A DNA stretch of 64,000 nt, taken from assembly GCA_050251055.1 (NCBI GenBank), contig JBFWNL010000004.1, forward strand, positions 288,001 through 352,000, written 5' to 3'. Origin of the DNA: Bacteriovoracia bacterium. GTDB taxonomy: Bacteria; Bdellovibrionota; UBA1018; JBFWNL01. The notes under the pieces are model-generated. The model saw nothing but the letters and a program-made list of their open reading frames with translations, was not told the origin of the DNA and searched no databases. How positions within the stretch are numbered: the stretch's first letter is position 1; every line of letters starts with the position of its first letter. This document shows positions 1 through 8,979 of this stretch, one piece after another. The position numbers and the translations under genes are program-made.

Positions 1-519
1 TTCGGACTCTTCGCTGGCGGTGGCCACCAGCGCCAGCCCGGCGGCCAACACGCAGCCCGCGACGCCAATCAAGGTCATCCAAGGAGTAGAGGACTGCCAG
101 GCGATGCCACTGCCGATCGCGCCGCACAGCAAAGCCGTCGCAAGTTTACGGGTCGGCTTGGCGGACTCGCCGGAAATAACGAACGTCAACACCGTGAGCA
201 AAATTCCGAGCAGGATCCAGCTTTGCCCCACGACATCGTAGGCGAACCCGACCTGAATACCGACGGGGGAGGACGTAGGGTCGATCCATCCACGCATCCA
301 ACTTAACGAGCCGCCTTCCCTTAAATTTTCCCAAAGGAGCAAAAAGGCACGGACGTTCAAACCAAAAGTCAACGCCGCGACGATTCCAAAGCCCCATCGG
401 ACAAATGCCAGACGCCCTCCCGGGGTGAGGCGCCCGGCGAAATAAAATGCCCAAGCCACTGCAACCAAGGAGAGGGTGGGCAAAACGGCGGTGACGAGCG
501 AGGTGCTTTCGAATCTCAT
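1..519 (-). CDS. NuoL/antiporter-like membrane subunit, N-terminal part (runs off window edge), highly divergent
   Basis: Not in the ORF track. Manual translation from the ATG at 519 gives MRFESTSLVTAVLPTLSLVAVAWAFYF...WMRGWIDPTSSPVGIQVGFAYDVVGQSWILLGILL..., open to position 1. It is hydrophobic and directly follows nuoK. Confidence 0.6.
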   Translation of the reverse strand, partial: MRFESTSLVTAVLPTLSLVAVAWAFYFAGRLTPGGRLAFVRWGFGIVAALTFGLNVRAFLLLWENLREGGSLSWMRGWIDPTSSPVGIQVGFAYDVVGQSWILLGILLTVLTFVISGESAKPTRKLATALLCGAIGSGIAWQSSTPWMTLIGVAGCVLAAGLALVATASEESE

Positions 520-523
520 GGGT

Positions 524-811
524 TCAGTGCCGCAGCTTTCTGAACGTTTCAATATTCACGTTCTTCTTTAGATAAAAAAGCCGGGTCGCGAGCGAAAACA
601 CCACGAGTAGCTGCCCGCAGCCCGCGACGATCACGAAAAACCCGTACACGTGTCCCTGCGACTGCAGGCCCGCCAACACCCCGCCGACCGAAAAACAAGC
701 CGCCGCCGCGTAAAATAACAAGACGATCCCAATGGCCATCCCAATCAGGTTACGCTTCAAAAGGAGGCAAAAAAATCCAATGGCCGCCAGCGCGACGGGA
801 ATGGCGATCAT
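524..811 (-). CDS. nuoK: NADH-quinone oxidoreductase subunit K-like (divergent)
   Basis: 95 aa with 3 TM segments; LLKRNLI motif; GHVYGFFVI; position after nuoJ with ATGA overlap. Confidence 0.75.
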   Translation of the reverse strand: MIAIPVALAAIGFFCLLLKRNLIGMAIGIVLLFYAAAACFSVGGVLAGLQSQGHVYGFFVIVAGCGQLLVVFSLATRLFYLKKNVNIETFRKLRH

Positions 812-1281
812 TCCGACTTTCCCTCCGATCGCGAAACCACGCCCACCCCCAGCATCACCAGGAACAGCGTGAGCGCGAGTATCTCCAGCGGAAGCAGCTG
901 GGAGCCGAACAACGTCGCGCCGAACTGAACCACCTCATTCGGAGGAAACGCGACTTCGCCGCCCTCAGGCAGGTAACGTACCGCGAGACCCGTCACCGTC
1001 GCCAGGCAGGCGGCGGCCAGGAGGGCCGTCGCGCGATAAAAGAAATTCGCCGGGCGTTCCCGCGACCCGAAAAGCACCACGTAGAACAAGAACACCACGG
1101 CGCAAACCGACGTAATCACCCACTGCGAGACCGCCAGGAATTCCGATCCTGTCGCGAGGAAGCTCGCGCCCAAGGCCATGCCGCAAACCCAAAGGGAAAA
1201 CAGCGCGAGCCGATAGTTCGCCGCCATCGCCGCCACCAGCGCCGCCGCGACCGCCAAAATCCCAAAGCTCCAAAAGACCAT
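808..1281 (-). CDS. nuoJ: NADH-quinone oxidoreductase subunit J-like (divergent)
   Basis: 5 TM segments; SEFLAVSQ and LLPLEILALTL motifs; start at ATG 1281 overlaps the nuoI stop. Confidence 0.75.
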   Translation of the reverse strand: MVFWSFGILAVAAALVAAMAANYRLALFSLWVCGMALGASFLATGSEFLAVSQWVITSVCAVVFLFYVVLFGSRERPANFFYRATALLAAACLATVTGLAVRYLPEGGEVAFPPNEVVQFGATLFGSQLLPLEILALTLFLVMLGVGVVSRSEGKSE

Positions 1282-1817
1282 CAATCCTCCATGTTTTCGC
1301 GTTGGCGCGCCTGGATCCACTTTTCCCTCTGCTCGGGCGAAATTCGCCCCCGGCCGAAGGTGGTCACCAGATTCGATACATCATAGACCGCGCCCTCGAA
1401 TTGCTTGGTGTGCACCAGGGAACCCGGGTGGCAAGCCTCCACGCAAAGGCCGCAAAAAATGCATTGCCCGAAGTCGATGTCGTAGACCGAAACCCACTTT
1501 TTCGACGGATCCGGGCCATGCTCGGTCTCCACGGTAATGCACTTCACCGGGCAGATCCGCTCGCATTCCTGGCAACCCGTGCAGCGGTCGATGTCGTTGA
1601 ACAACAATCCGCGCGTGCGGGGCGGCAGATCGTCCTCGGTGCGCGAAGACACCGGATCGGGGTACTGCTCGGTGATCTCCTTACGAAGCTCGCCCGTGTT
1701 AAAAAGATAGTGAAAACCGCTAACGGCGGAAACGAGCACCGACCGCACGCCGGCGCCCACCTGGACTGCGTAAGACATCAGCGTGGAAATCAATGTGTCT
1801 TTCATAGGTATCGACAT
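1281..1817 (-). CDS. nuoI: NADH-quinone oxidoreductase subunit I-like, 2x[4Fe-4S]
   Basis: TEQYP, RTRG, CTGCQECERICP and CIFCGLCVEAC motifs. Confidence 0.9.
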   Translation of the reverse strand: MSIPMKDTLISTLMSYAVQVGAGVRSVLVSAVSGFHYLFNTGELRKEITEQYPDPVSSRTEDDLPPRTRGLLFNDIDRCTGCQECERICPVKCITVETEHGPDPSKKWVSVYDIDFGQCIFCGLCVEACHPGSLVHTKQFEGAVYDVSNLVTTFGRGRISPEQREKWIQARQRENMED

Positions 1818-1827
1818 CCGCTCGTGC

Positions 1828-2892
1828 TCAAAACAAACTCCGTCCTCCGAGCCAGAGGCACTCGATCAGTAGCGCTCCCAACGCGCAGGGTCCCAGGATC
1901 CGCCAGCAAAACTCCGTCGTTTGGTCCGAGCGCGGCTTCGGCAAGGACCCCACCACCCAATGCGTCGCAAACATCAACAAAAAGACCTTCATCACAAGAT
2001 TCACGAGCTGCACGACCTGCAGAAGCAAACCCTCTCCCGTCAGGCTCACCGCCCAGCCCGGCAGCTTCCAACCCCCAAGAAAGGTGACCGTGGTGGCAAG
2101 CGCCCAAAAAAAACCGCCGTAGAACCGCAGCAAGCGCGTGATGGAAAGACTGGGCCCGGCCACTCCCTGAAAAAAACCGCCTTGGAGATCCGCCCGGGAA
2201 AATCCCGCGTCGAAAGGCGAAACCGAAAACACAACCAGGCCGCCCAGGTAATACGCCAGGAAAACGATGGTAAAGAGAGGCCACGGCTGTTGAAAAACCA
2301 GCCACGAGCCTGGCCAGAAACCCTGATGTTCGAGGATGGCCTGCCACCGGTAACCGCCCACGGCCAGTCCCACACAGAGGATGGAAACCATCACCACGAA
2401 TCCCCCCGATAGGGCCTGGGCGGTGTTGCGGATCATTCCGACCCAGCCTTGGGCGTCGCGCCGGTAAAACCCGTAGAACAAAAAGAAAAAGCTCAAAATA
2501 ATCCCGAAGATCAGCGGCACGAACGCGCTCATATCGGTGTCGAATAGATTAAAGCGTGAGGAGAGCGGGATCGTGAGCACGGACGCGAGCGCCACGCACA
2601 GCAAGGTTCCCAGCCAGAAAAGCTCAGCACGGCGAGGCTTGTGAGCGGGTGACTTCTGGATCAGCTTGAAAAAATCCGCGAGTGGCTGGAAATAGCCGCG
2701 CGGCCCGGCCTCCGCAGGGCCCACGCGAGCTTGCAGGTCCGCGAAGAATTTCCGACGGACGTAAACATCCAAATAAGCCATGGGAACGAGCAGAAGCGCA
2801 ACCACGGCGAGGAAAAAACAAAACAGGAAAAGAATATCCGGCAAGCCGGCGAACATTCCCAAGGTTTGGCGAAGCTCCGGGAGTGCGTTCAT
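1828..2892 (-). CDS. nuoH: NADH-quinone oxidoreductase subunit H-like (divergent)
   Basis: RK..A.LQ.RVGP, QPLADFFKL, PFD, FLGGW and PRSDQ motifs; about 8 TM segments. Confidence 0.85.
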   Translation of the reverse strand: MNALPELRQTLGMFAGLPDILFLFCFFLAVVALLLVPMAYLDVYVRRKFFADLQARVGPAEAGPRGYFQPLADFFKLIQKSPAHKPRRAELFWLGTLLCVALASVLTIPLSSRFNLFDTDMSAFVPLIFGIILSFFFLFYGFYRRDAQGWVGMIRNTAQALSGGFVVMVSILCVGLAVGGYRWQAILEHQGFWPGSWLVFQQPWPLFTIVFLAYYLGGLVVFSVSPFDAGFSRADLQGGFFQGVAGPSLSITRLLRFYGGFFWALATTVTFLGGWKLPGWAVSLTGEGLLLQVVQLVNLVMKVFLLMFATHWVVGSLPKPRSDQTTEFCWRILGPCALGALLIECLWLGGRSLF

Positions 2893-4034
2893 CGATCGGC
2901 TTCTCCCACCGAGATATCCAGACTAGCAAGGATCAAAGGGAAATCGCCCACCCACTGTCCGACCAGGATCTCGGGCACCGCCTGTAAGAGCGCCTTGCTC
3001 CCTCCCCGGACCTGCAAGCGATAAGGGGTATTTCCGCCGTCGGAGACCGCATGGACGGCCAGGACTCCGCGTGCCCCTTCGACGCGCGAATACGCCTCGC
3101 CCTCGGGCACCTTGAAATCGAAAAGCTCCTTCACGGCGCGGTATTCGCCCACCGGAATATTCTCGATCGCCTGGCGGATTATGTCGACGCTCTGGACGAT
3201 CTCACGCAGCCGCACGACCACGCGGTCGTGCACGCCGCCCAGCCGATCGCCCTCTCCTGATCCCACCGGCACCTGAAACTCGAACTCTTCGTATCCACTG
3301 TAGGGCGCGGACTTTCGCATGTCCGACACGACCCCGGACGCACGCGCGTCCGGGCCCGTGATGCCGTACCGGCGCACGACCTCCGGGTGCAGGAGCCCCA
3401 CGCCGGCGGACCGGCGCTGAAAAATATGATTCGACGTGAAAAGGTCCTGATACTCGCGTACCCGCGTGCGAATCAGGTCGCACACTTCCGAGACCCGCTC
3501 GATAAATCCGTCGGTGATATCGGTGGCCACCCCGCCGAAGCGGAAATAATTCAGGTTAAAGCGCGAACCGCTGATCAGCTCGAAAAGATCCAGGATTTTT
3601 TCGCGGTCGCGCAGGACGTAATGCATCACCGTCTCGAGCTCCACGGTCTTCGCGATCCGTAGTAGCGCGCCCAAATGGGCGCTGATTCGGTTCAGCTCGC
3701 AGAGCGTGACGCGGATCCGGTTGGCGCGAGGGGAGACCTGCAGGCCGGCGATTTCCTCCACCGCCAGGCACACCGCCAATTCGGTAAATAGCGCGGTCTC
3801 CGAATCGATCCGGTCGGCGTAGGGCATCACGCTGTACCACTGCTGAAGCTCGATGGCCTTTTCCACGCCCCGATGAAAAAAACCTGATTCGCAGTGCACG
3901 CCGGTGATCATCTCGCCGTCGAGCTGCAGCTTCAGCGCCATTGGCCCCGGCAGTCCCGGATGGAATGGCCCCAGCTCCCACGCCGTCTGCACGGTGCTAA
4001 ACAGGTCGGGGCGGTCGTTCTCCATTTCCACCAT
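2889..4034 (-). CDS. nuoD: NADH-quinone oxidoreductase subunit D-like (divergent)
   Basis: GPFHP, GFFHRGVEK, ELNRISAHL, GP..RASG..D.RK..PY and C-terminal GEADR. Start set at ATG 4034, just after the nuoC stop. No NiFe CxxC motifs. Confidence 0.9.
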   Translation of the reverse strand: MVEMENDRPDLFSTVQTAWELGPFHPGLPGPMALKLQLDGEMITGVHCESGFFHRGVEKAIELQQWYSVMPYADRIDSETALFTELAVCLAVEEIAGLQVSPRANRIRVTLCELNRISAHLGALLRIAKTVELETVMHYVLRDREKILDLFELISGSRFNLNYFRFGGVATDITDGFIERVSEVCDLIRTRVREYQDLFTSNHIFQRRSAGVGLLHPEVVRRYGITGPDARASGVVSDMRKSAPYSGYEEFEFQVPVGSGEGDRLGGVHDRVVVRLREIVQSVDIIRQAIENIPVGEYRAVKELFDFKVPEGEAYSRVEGARGVLAVHAVSDGGNTPYRLQVRGGSKALLQAVPEILVGQWVGDFPLILASLDISVGEADR

Positions 4035-4036
4035 GG

Positions 4037-4534
4037 CTAGATTTCCTCGCTTCGCCGCGGACGCGGAATTTCCGGCAGACGGAACTCGCGCCGGAGGGGG
4101 TAGCCCGTGATCTGCTCCGGCACCGGCCGGAAGGAGACGTTTTTTTCCGTGGGATGCGTGAAATCGATCCCTAGGAGCGCCTGCAGTTCCGACTCGAACT
4201 GCCACGCGGACGGGAAGATCGGCTGAATCGAAGGGATCGCGTAAAGTCCGCCGGAATCGGCTTCCAAGCGCGTCCGGAAGATCACCCGCTGCTGGGTACG
4301 CTGGGACACCAGGAAGTATGTCAGCACCATCTTCGACTTCTCTTCGTAGCCGGAGATGCACTCAAGGAAATCCGCCTCGGTTTCGGCGTCCTCACGGCAA
4401 GCCCGCACCGCGACTTCCACCGCGTCCGGGCGCAAAGTGAAAAACGGCACCTGGGCCGCCCCGAAGGTCCCCACCGAGACCACGCCTCCCGAACGGCGAT
4501 CGTTAATAGACGTCTTTAAATTTTTTAGATCCAA
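4037..4534 (-). CDS. nuoC: NADH-quinone oxidoreductase subunit C-like
   Basis: IPSIQPIFPSA..FESE...LLGIDF and GYPLRREF motifs. Confidence 0.8.
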   Translation of the reverse strand: MDLKNLKTSINDRRSGGVVSVGTFGAAQVPFFTLRPDAVEVAVRACREDAETEADFLECISGYEEKSKMVLTYFLVSQRTQQRVIFRTRLEADSGGLYAIPSIQPIFPSAWQFESELQALLGIDFTHPTEKNVSFRPVPEQITGYPLRREFRLPEIPRPRRSEEI

Positions 4535-4973
4535 TGATCTTCTCCTGGAGGGTCAAAAGCCCGTTCATCACCGCTTCGGGTCGCGGTGGACAGCCGGAAA
4601 CGAAAACATCGACCGGAATCAGTTTCTCCACGCCGGGCACGACGGAATAACTGATGCCCGGGGAAAACGCGCCGCCGGTGCACGCGCATCCACCAACGGC
4701 CAAGACGTACTTGGGCGAAGGCATCCGATCGTAAAGTTCCTTCAAAACCGGCGCCAGTCGGTAAGTGATCGCGCCGCTCACGATCAGGAGGTCCGCCTGC
4801 AGCGGATCGACCTGCGGCAGGCTGCCGAAACGTTCGAGGTCGTAGCGGCAACCGAAGGCGTTCGTCACCTCATCCGAGCAGCAGCCGGTGCCGACGGAAA
4901 AATACCAAAGCGATTTCGCGCGAGACCACTTCAGCAACGAATCCACGGACGTGACCTTGAAGAATGCGCTCAC
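4503..4973 (-). CDS. nuoB: NADH-quinone oxidoreductase subunit B
   Basis: GCC..E, RYDLERFG, QADLLIVSG, PKYV.AVGGCA and VDVFVSGCPPRPE. GTG start overlaps the nuoA stop (GTGA). Confidence 0.92.
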   Translation of the reverse strand: MSAFFKVTSVDSLLKWSRAKSLWYFSVGTGCCSDEVTNAFGCRYDLERFGSLPQVDPLQADLLIVSGAITYRLAPVLKELYDRMPSPKYVLAVGGCACTGGAFSPGISYSVVPGVEKLIPVDVFVSGCPPRPEAVMNGLLTLQEKIIGSKKFKDVY

Positions 4974-5362
4974 GCCTCGTCTTCCTTTCGGAAGGACTTC
5001 AGCCATTCGAGATCGCCCTTGCGGATCGCGTAGAAGAGCCCCAGGCCCAGAAAAGCTCCGATAGAAACGATCGCGGCCAATCCCCGCAATCCGGTTTCGG
5101 CGGAGGAGGAATTCAACGATTCGCGGAACGCCGCCACGCAGGGAGCGAGCACCAATACCAAGAGCACGAGCAATGTCGCGATGTTACCGAATAAAGAGAT
5201 ACGGGGGTTCAGCTTCGCATCCCAAACGATCGGCTTTAGCGGCGTCGCAGTTCCACCGAGCGGCCCGCCATCCCGACGAAAGAATCGCCCCATCAGCAGC
5301 ACGAGGATCGGCACACAGATGCTAAATAGAGCGCATATAATGATAACTACATACGAGCCCAA
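4970..5362 (-). CDS. nuoA: NADH-quinone oxidoreductase subunit A-like (divergent); start uncertain
   Basis: 3 TM segments; C-terminal GLFYAIRKGDLEW; first gene of the operon. TTG at 5362 follows a G-rich RBS-like stretch. Confidence 0.75.
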   Translation of the reverse strand: MGSYVVIIICALFSICVPILVLLMGRFFRRDGGPLGGTATPLKPIVWDAKLNPRISLFGNIATLLVLLVLVLAPCVAAFRESLNSSSAETGLRGLAAIVSIGAFLGLGLFYAIRKGDLEWLKSFRKEDEA

Positions 5363-5460
5363 GCCGTCCCCCGCGAAAGTTACCCCAAAAGTCGAACAAA
5401 ATTCGAACTTTAGGCTACTGAAGTTGAAAACCAGTGTCAAGGTTGGGTAAGGTCGATTGA

Positions 5461-8400
5461 ATGAATTCGGGTGAACTGCCCCTCATCTTGAAACAGATGG
5501 GTACCCTACCGGTTTTCCGGCTGGGCGGCGCATTACCTTCGGCCCAAGCCTACCTTTGCCGCCAACTTCCGCATTCGCTTTCCATCGTCGTCTGCCAGGA
5601 CGAGGACGCCGCGACGGTCTTCGCGCAGAACTTACAAGCCCTGAGTTTGGAAGATTCGGACGCCCCGCTTGTTTTGTCACTACCCAGCTGGGAGCAATCC
5701 CCTTACAGCGCGATCTCGCCGTCAATCCAGGTGCGTCAATCCCGCGCCCGCGCGCTCGCGCACGTCCTCGAAAATCAAGACGGCGGAAGCGGGCGTGGCC
5801 TGCTTGACCCGACATCGCGTGGCCTCATCGTCGTCACGACCCTGGTCGCCCTGAGCCAACGTACCTGTCCGCCTTCGCTCTTTCGGGAAGCTCGCATCGT
5901 TTTGGAAAAAAACGGGGTGGTTGGTCAACGCGAGCAGCTCACCTCCCGGCTGCGAGACGCGGGCTACCTGCAGGTGGATCCGGTGGAAGATCCGGGCACG
6001 TTCGCGGTAAGGGGCGACATCGTCGACGTGTACCCTCCCCAAGCCGAGGCGCCTCTCAGAATTGAGCTCTTCGACGACCAGGTGGAACGCATCCGGGAAT
6101 TCGATCCCGCCACCCAACGCACAAGGACCGGTGTCGAACACGCGCGCTTCGTGATTTATCCCGCCCGCGAAGTCCTGATCCACCCCTCCAACCGCGAGGC
6201 CTTCCGTCAGCGCCTCAAACAGCGCGCCGATGACTTGGGCATCCCTCGCCAAACCCGCGATCCCGTCCTGGAAACCCTCGCTAACGGATTCTATCCCGAG
6301 GGCGCGGACTACTGGTCCGCACTGGCGTATGAAGGAAAACACGTTTTTCGTGATTTCCTCGGGAAAAATGCGACTTTTTTCTTCTCCGACGAGTTAGGCT
6401 GCCGGCAAGCGTTTGAGGCTTTCCAAGTCCGCCAGCGTGAACTGTCCGAGGAGGCAAAGGGCTCCGGTCGGGTGGTTCTGGATTTTCCGGACATATTTTC
6501 GAAGGTCGATGCGGAAGCCGCAGCGTTCGATAGTTACCGGCGGGTTTACTTCGATGCCTTGGAGCTCGCCGACCGCGCGCTCGACGTGCGCGTGGAAACT
6601 TCGCCGATCGTGGCGAACTCCCCCGACACCGCCCGTGGCGCCGAACGAATGGCTCAGTTCGCGGCCCGGATTAAATCCCTGGGCGCATCGCCCACGCTGC
6701 TGGGTTTCGCATCCACCCAAAGCCAGATCGATCGCATGCAGTACCTTTTCCAAGAGAACGGGTTGCCTCCGGCGCGTTGGCGGATCGGAGCGTGGGGCGA
6801 GGGCTTCGCCTGGCCAGCGCAAAACCTCGCGGTATTCTCTCAGGCCGATGTCTTGGGCGAGACCAAGAAACCTTCGACGACTGCACCCAAGCAATGGTCG
6901 GGGCTGCAGAACCTCTCGGACCTGAACGTGGACGACACGATCGTTCACGTCGAACACGGGATTGGCGTTTACCGCGGGATATCGCGGCTCCAGATCATGG
7001 GGGGCGCTTCCGACTTCCTGCTGATCGAATACGACGAACAAGCGAAGCTTTACTTGCCCGTCTATCGCATCAATCTCATCCAGAAGTACGTGGGTGGCCG
7101 CGAGGGAATGAAACTCGCCAAGCTCGGCGCCGGCGCATTCGAAAAGACGAAGGCGAAGGTGCGGGATTCGGTGAAGAAACTCGCCATCAACCTTCTCGAG
7201 GTCTATGCGCAGCGAAAAATCCAAAAAGGCCTGCGTTTCCCGGCCCGGGACGCGATTTTTCAAGAATTCGAGGACCGCTTCCCTTTCCAGGAAACCCCGG
7301 ATCAGACGCAGGCGATCGAGGATTCGTTCCGGGACCTCGAATCGGGACGCATCATGGACCGCTTGATCTGCGGTGACGTAGGGTTCGGCAAGACGGAGGT
7401 CGCGATCCGCGCGGCTTTCCAAGCCGTGATCAGCGGCAAACAGGTGGCCGTGCTCGTGCCGACCACCATCCTCTGCATCCAGCACGAACAGACGTTCAAG
7501 AACCGCATCCAAAAGTTCCCGATTCGCGTGGAGTCTATCTCGCGCTTCAAAACCCGTCCCGAGCAGCAGAAATTACTGCAGGAGCTCGCGGAGGGAAAAA
7601 TCGACGTTCTCATCGGAACGCACCGCCTATTATCAAAGGACGTGAACTTCAAAAAGCTCGGGCTCATCATCGTCGACGAAGAGCACCGCTTTGGTGTCGA
7701 GCACAAAGAGAAGCTGCGCGCCATGAAGGCCAACACCCACGTAATGACGTTGACGGCGACCCCCATCCCGCGAACCTTACATATGGCGCTCGCAGGGATC
7801 CGCGACATCAGCCTCATGACCACGCCGCCCGTGCATCGGTTGCCGATCAAGACTTTCGTCGCGAAGTACGACGAAACCCTCATCAAGCAGGCGATCGAAA
7901 CCGAGCTGGCGCGCGACGGCCAGGTCTTTTTCCTCCATAACCGGGTGCAGACCATCTTCCGCCAGGCCGAAAAGATCCAAGCTTTGGTGCCCGCGGCGAA
8001 GGTGCGGGTCGGCCACGCCCAGATGACGGAAAAAGAACTCGAAGACACAATGCTGGCGTTCTATCGCAAGGAATTCAACGTTTTGGTCTGCACGACCATC
8101 ATCGAATCGGGGTTGGATATCCCGTCCGCGAACACGATCCTCATCAATCACGCCGATCGCTTCGGGCTCGCCCAGCTCTACCAACTGCGCGGGCGCGTCG
8201 GCCGCAGCAACCAACGCGGGTACGCTTACCTACTGCTGTCGAATGACCTCGCCCTTACCGAGGATGCCAAACGAAGGCTGGAGGTCATCCAGCGTTTCGT
8301 GGAACTCGGCAGCGGCTTCCAAATCGCCTCGCATGATCTCGAAATCCGTGGTGGAGGGAACGTGCTAGGCCCCGAGCAGTCGGGCAACATCGCCTCCGTG

Positions 8401-8922
8401 GGCTTCGAGCTCTATACCGAACTTTTGGACGAAGCGATCCGCGAGCTGCAAGGGAAGGGGACTCCGCTCGAGGACCCCGGTAAGGAACCCGAGATCAAAA
8501 CTCCGTTCCCGGCTTTTTTGGATGACCGCTACATTCCGGACGTACACCAACGCTTATCGGTTTACCGCCGACTTGCCGGCGCCGCCGAAGAAGCCGAACT
8601 CGTGGCGATCGAAGAGGAACTCGCGGACCGCTACGGGAAGCTGCCGACCGAGGCCGAAAATCTGCTTTGGGTCATTCGCTTAAAGCAGCTCTTGAAACGC
8701 TCCCAGATCGAATCCATGACCGTCGGCGACCGCAAGTACACGCTTAAACCAGGCGCCGGCCACCGGTTCGACCCCCAGAAAATCCTGCAGGCCGTGCGCG
8801 CGGAAGCGGGTCGCATCCAAGTCATGCCCGACTCCCGCCTCGTGGTGGCTTTGCCCCCCGAACAAAAAAACTCCATCAAAGATTTGGCGTTCCACCTGGA
8901 AAAAACTCTCGCGAATTTCTAA
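5461..8922 (+). CDS. mfd: Transcription-repair coupling factor
   Basis: UvrB-homology module (FAVRGDIVDVYP), VHVEHGIG (RID), CGDVGFGKTEVA, DEEHRFGV, QLRGRVGRS and C-terminal TRCF domain. Confidence 0.98.
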   Translation: MNSGELPLILKQMGTLPVFRLGGALPSAQAYLCRQLPHSLSIVVCQDEDAATVFAQNLQALSLEDSDAPLVLSLPSWEQSPYSAISPSIQVRQSRARALAHVLENQDGGSGRGLLDPTSRGLIVVTTLVALSQRTCPPSLFREARIVLEKNGVVGQREQLTSRLRDAGYLQVDPVEDPGTFAVRGDIVDVYPPQAEAPLRIELFDDQVERIREFDPATQRTRTGVEHARFVIYPAREVLIHPSNREAFRQRLKQRADDLGIPRQTRDPVLETLANGFYPEGADYWSALAYEGKHVFRDFLGKNATFFFSDELGCRQAFEAFQVRQRELSEEAKGSGRVVLDFPDIFSKVDAEAAAFDSYRRVYFDALELADRALDVRVETSPIVANSPDTARGAERMAQFAARIKSLGASPTLLGFASTQSQIDRMQYLFQENGLPPARWRIGAWGEGFAWPAQNLAVFSQADVLGETKKPSTTAPKQWSGLQNLSDLNVDDTIVHVEHGIGVYRGISRLQIMGGASDFLLIEYDEQAKLYLPVYRINLIQKYVGGREGMKLAKLGAGAFEKTKAKVRDSVKKLAINLLEVYAQRKIQKGLRFPARDAIFQEFEDRFPFQETPDQTQAIEDSFRDLESGRIMDRLICGDVGFGKTEVAIRAAFQAVISGKQVAVLVPTTILCIQHEQTFKNRIQKFPIRVESISRFKTRPEQQKLLQELAEGKIDVLIGTHRLLSKDVNFKKLGLIIVDEEHRFGVEHKEKLRAMKANTHVMTLTATPIPRTLHMALAGIRDISLMTTPPVHRLPIKTFVAKYDETLIKQAIETELARDGQVFFLHNRVQTIFRQAEKIQALVPAAKVRVGHAQMTEKELEDTMLAFYRKEFNVLVCTTIIESGLDIPSANTILINHADRFGLAQLYQLRGRVGRSNQRGYAYLLLSNDLALTEDAKRRLEVIQRFVELGSGFQIASHDLEIRGGGNVLGPEQSGNIASVGFELYTELLDEAIRELQGKGTPLEDPGKEPEIKTPFPAFLDDRYIPDVHQRLSVYRRLAGAAEEAELVAIEEELADRYGKLPTEAENLLWVIRLKQLLKRSQIESMTVGDRKYTLKPGAGHRFDPQKILQAVRAEAGRIQVMPDSRLVVALPPEQKNSIKDLAFHLEKTLANF

Positions 8923-8979
8923 TCACAACGCATAGCGATAAGATTGCTAATACATAGGGTGCCTGCTACTCTTTAATTC

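Noticed and set aside
2889-4361. 490-aa version of nuoD, or a possible NuoCD fusion
   Set aside because: The upstream ~108 codons overlap nuoC in another frame and show no NuoC similarity; ATG 4034 right after the nuoC stop is the better start.
2889-4973. Group 4 [NiFe]-hydrogenase interpretation of the nuo-like operon
   Set aside because: The large subunit lacks both CxxC nickel-binding motifs and ends in the complex I-type GEADR.
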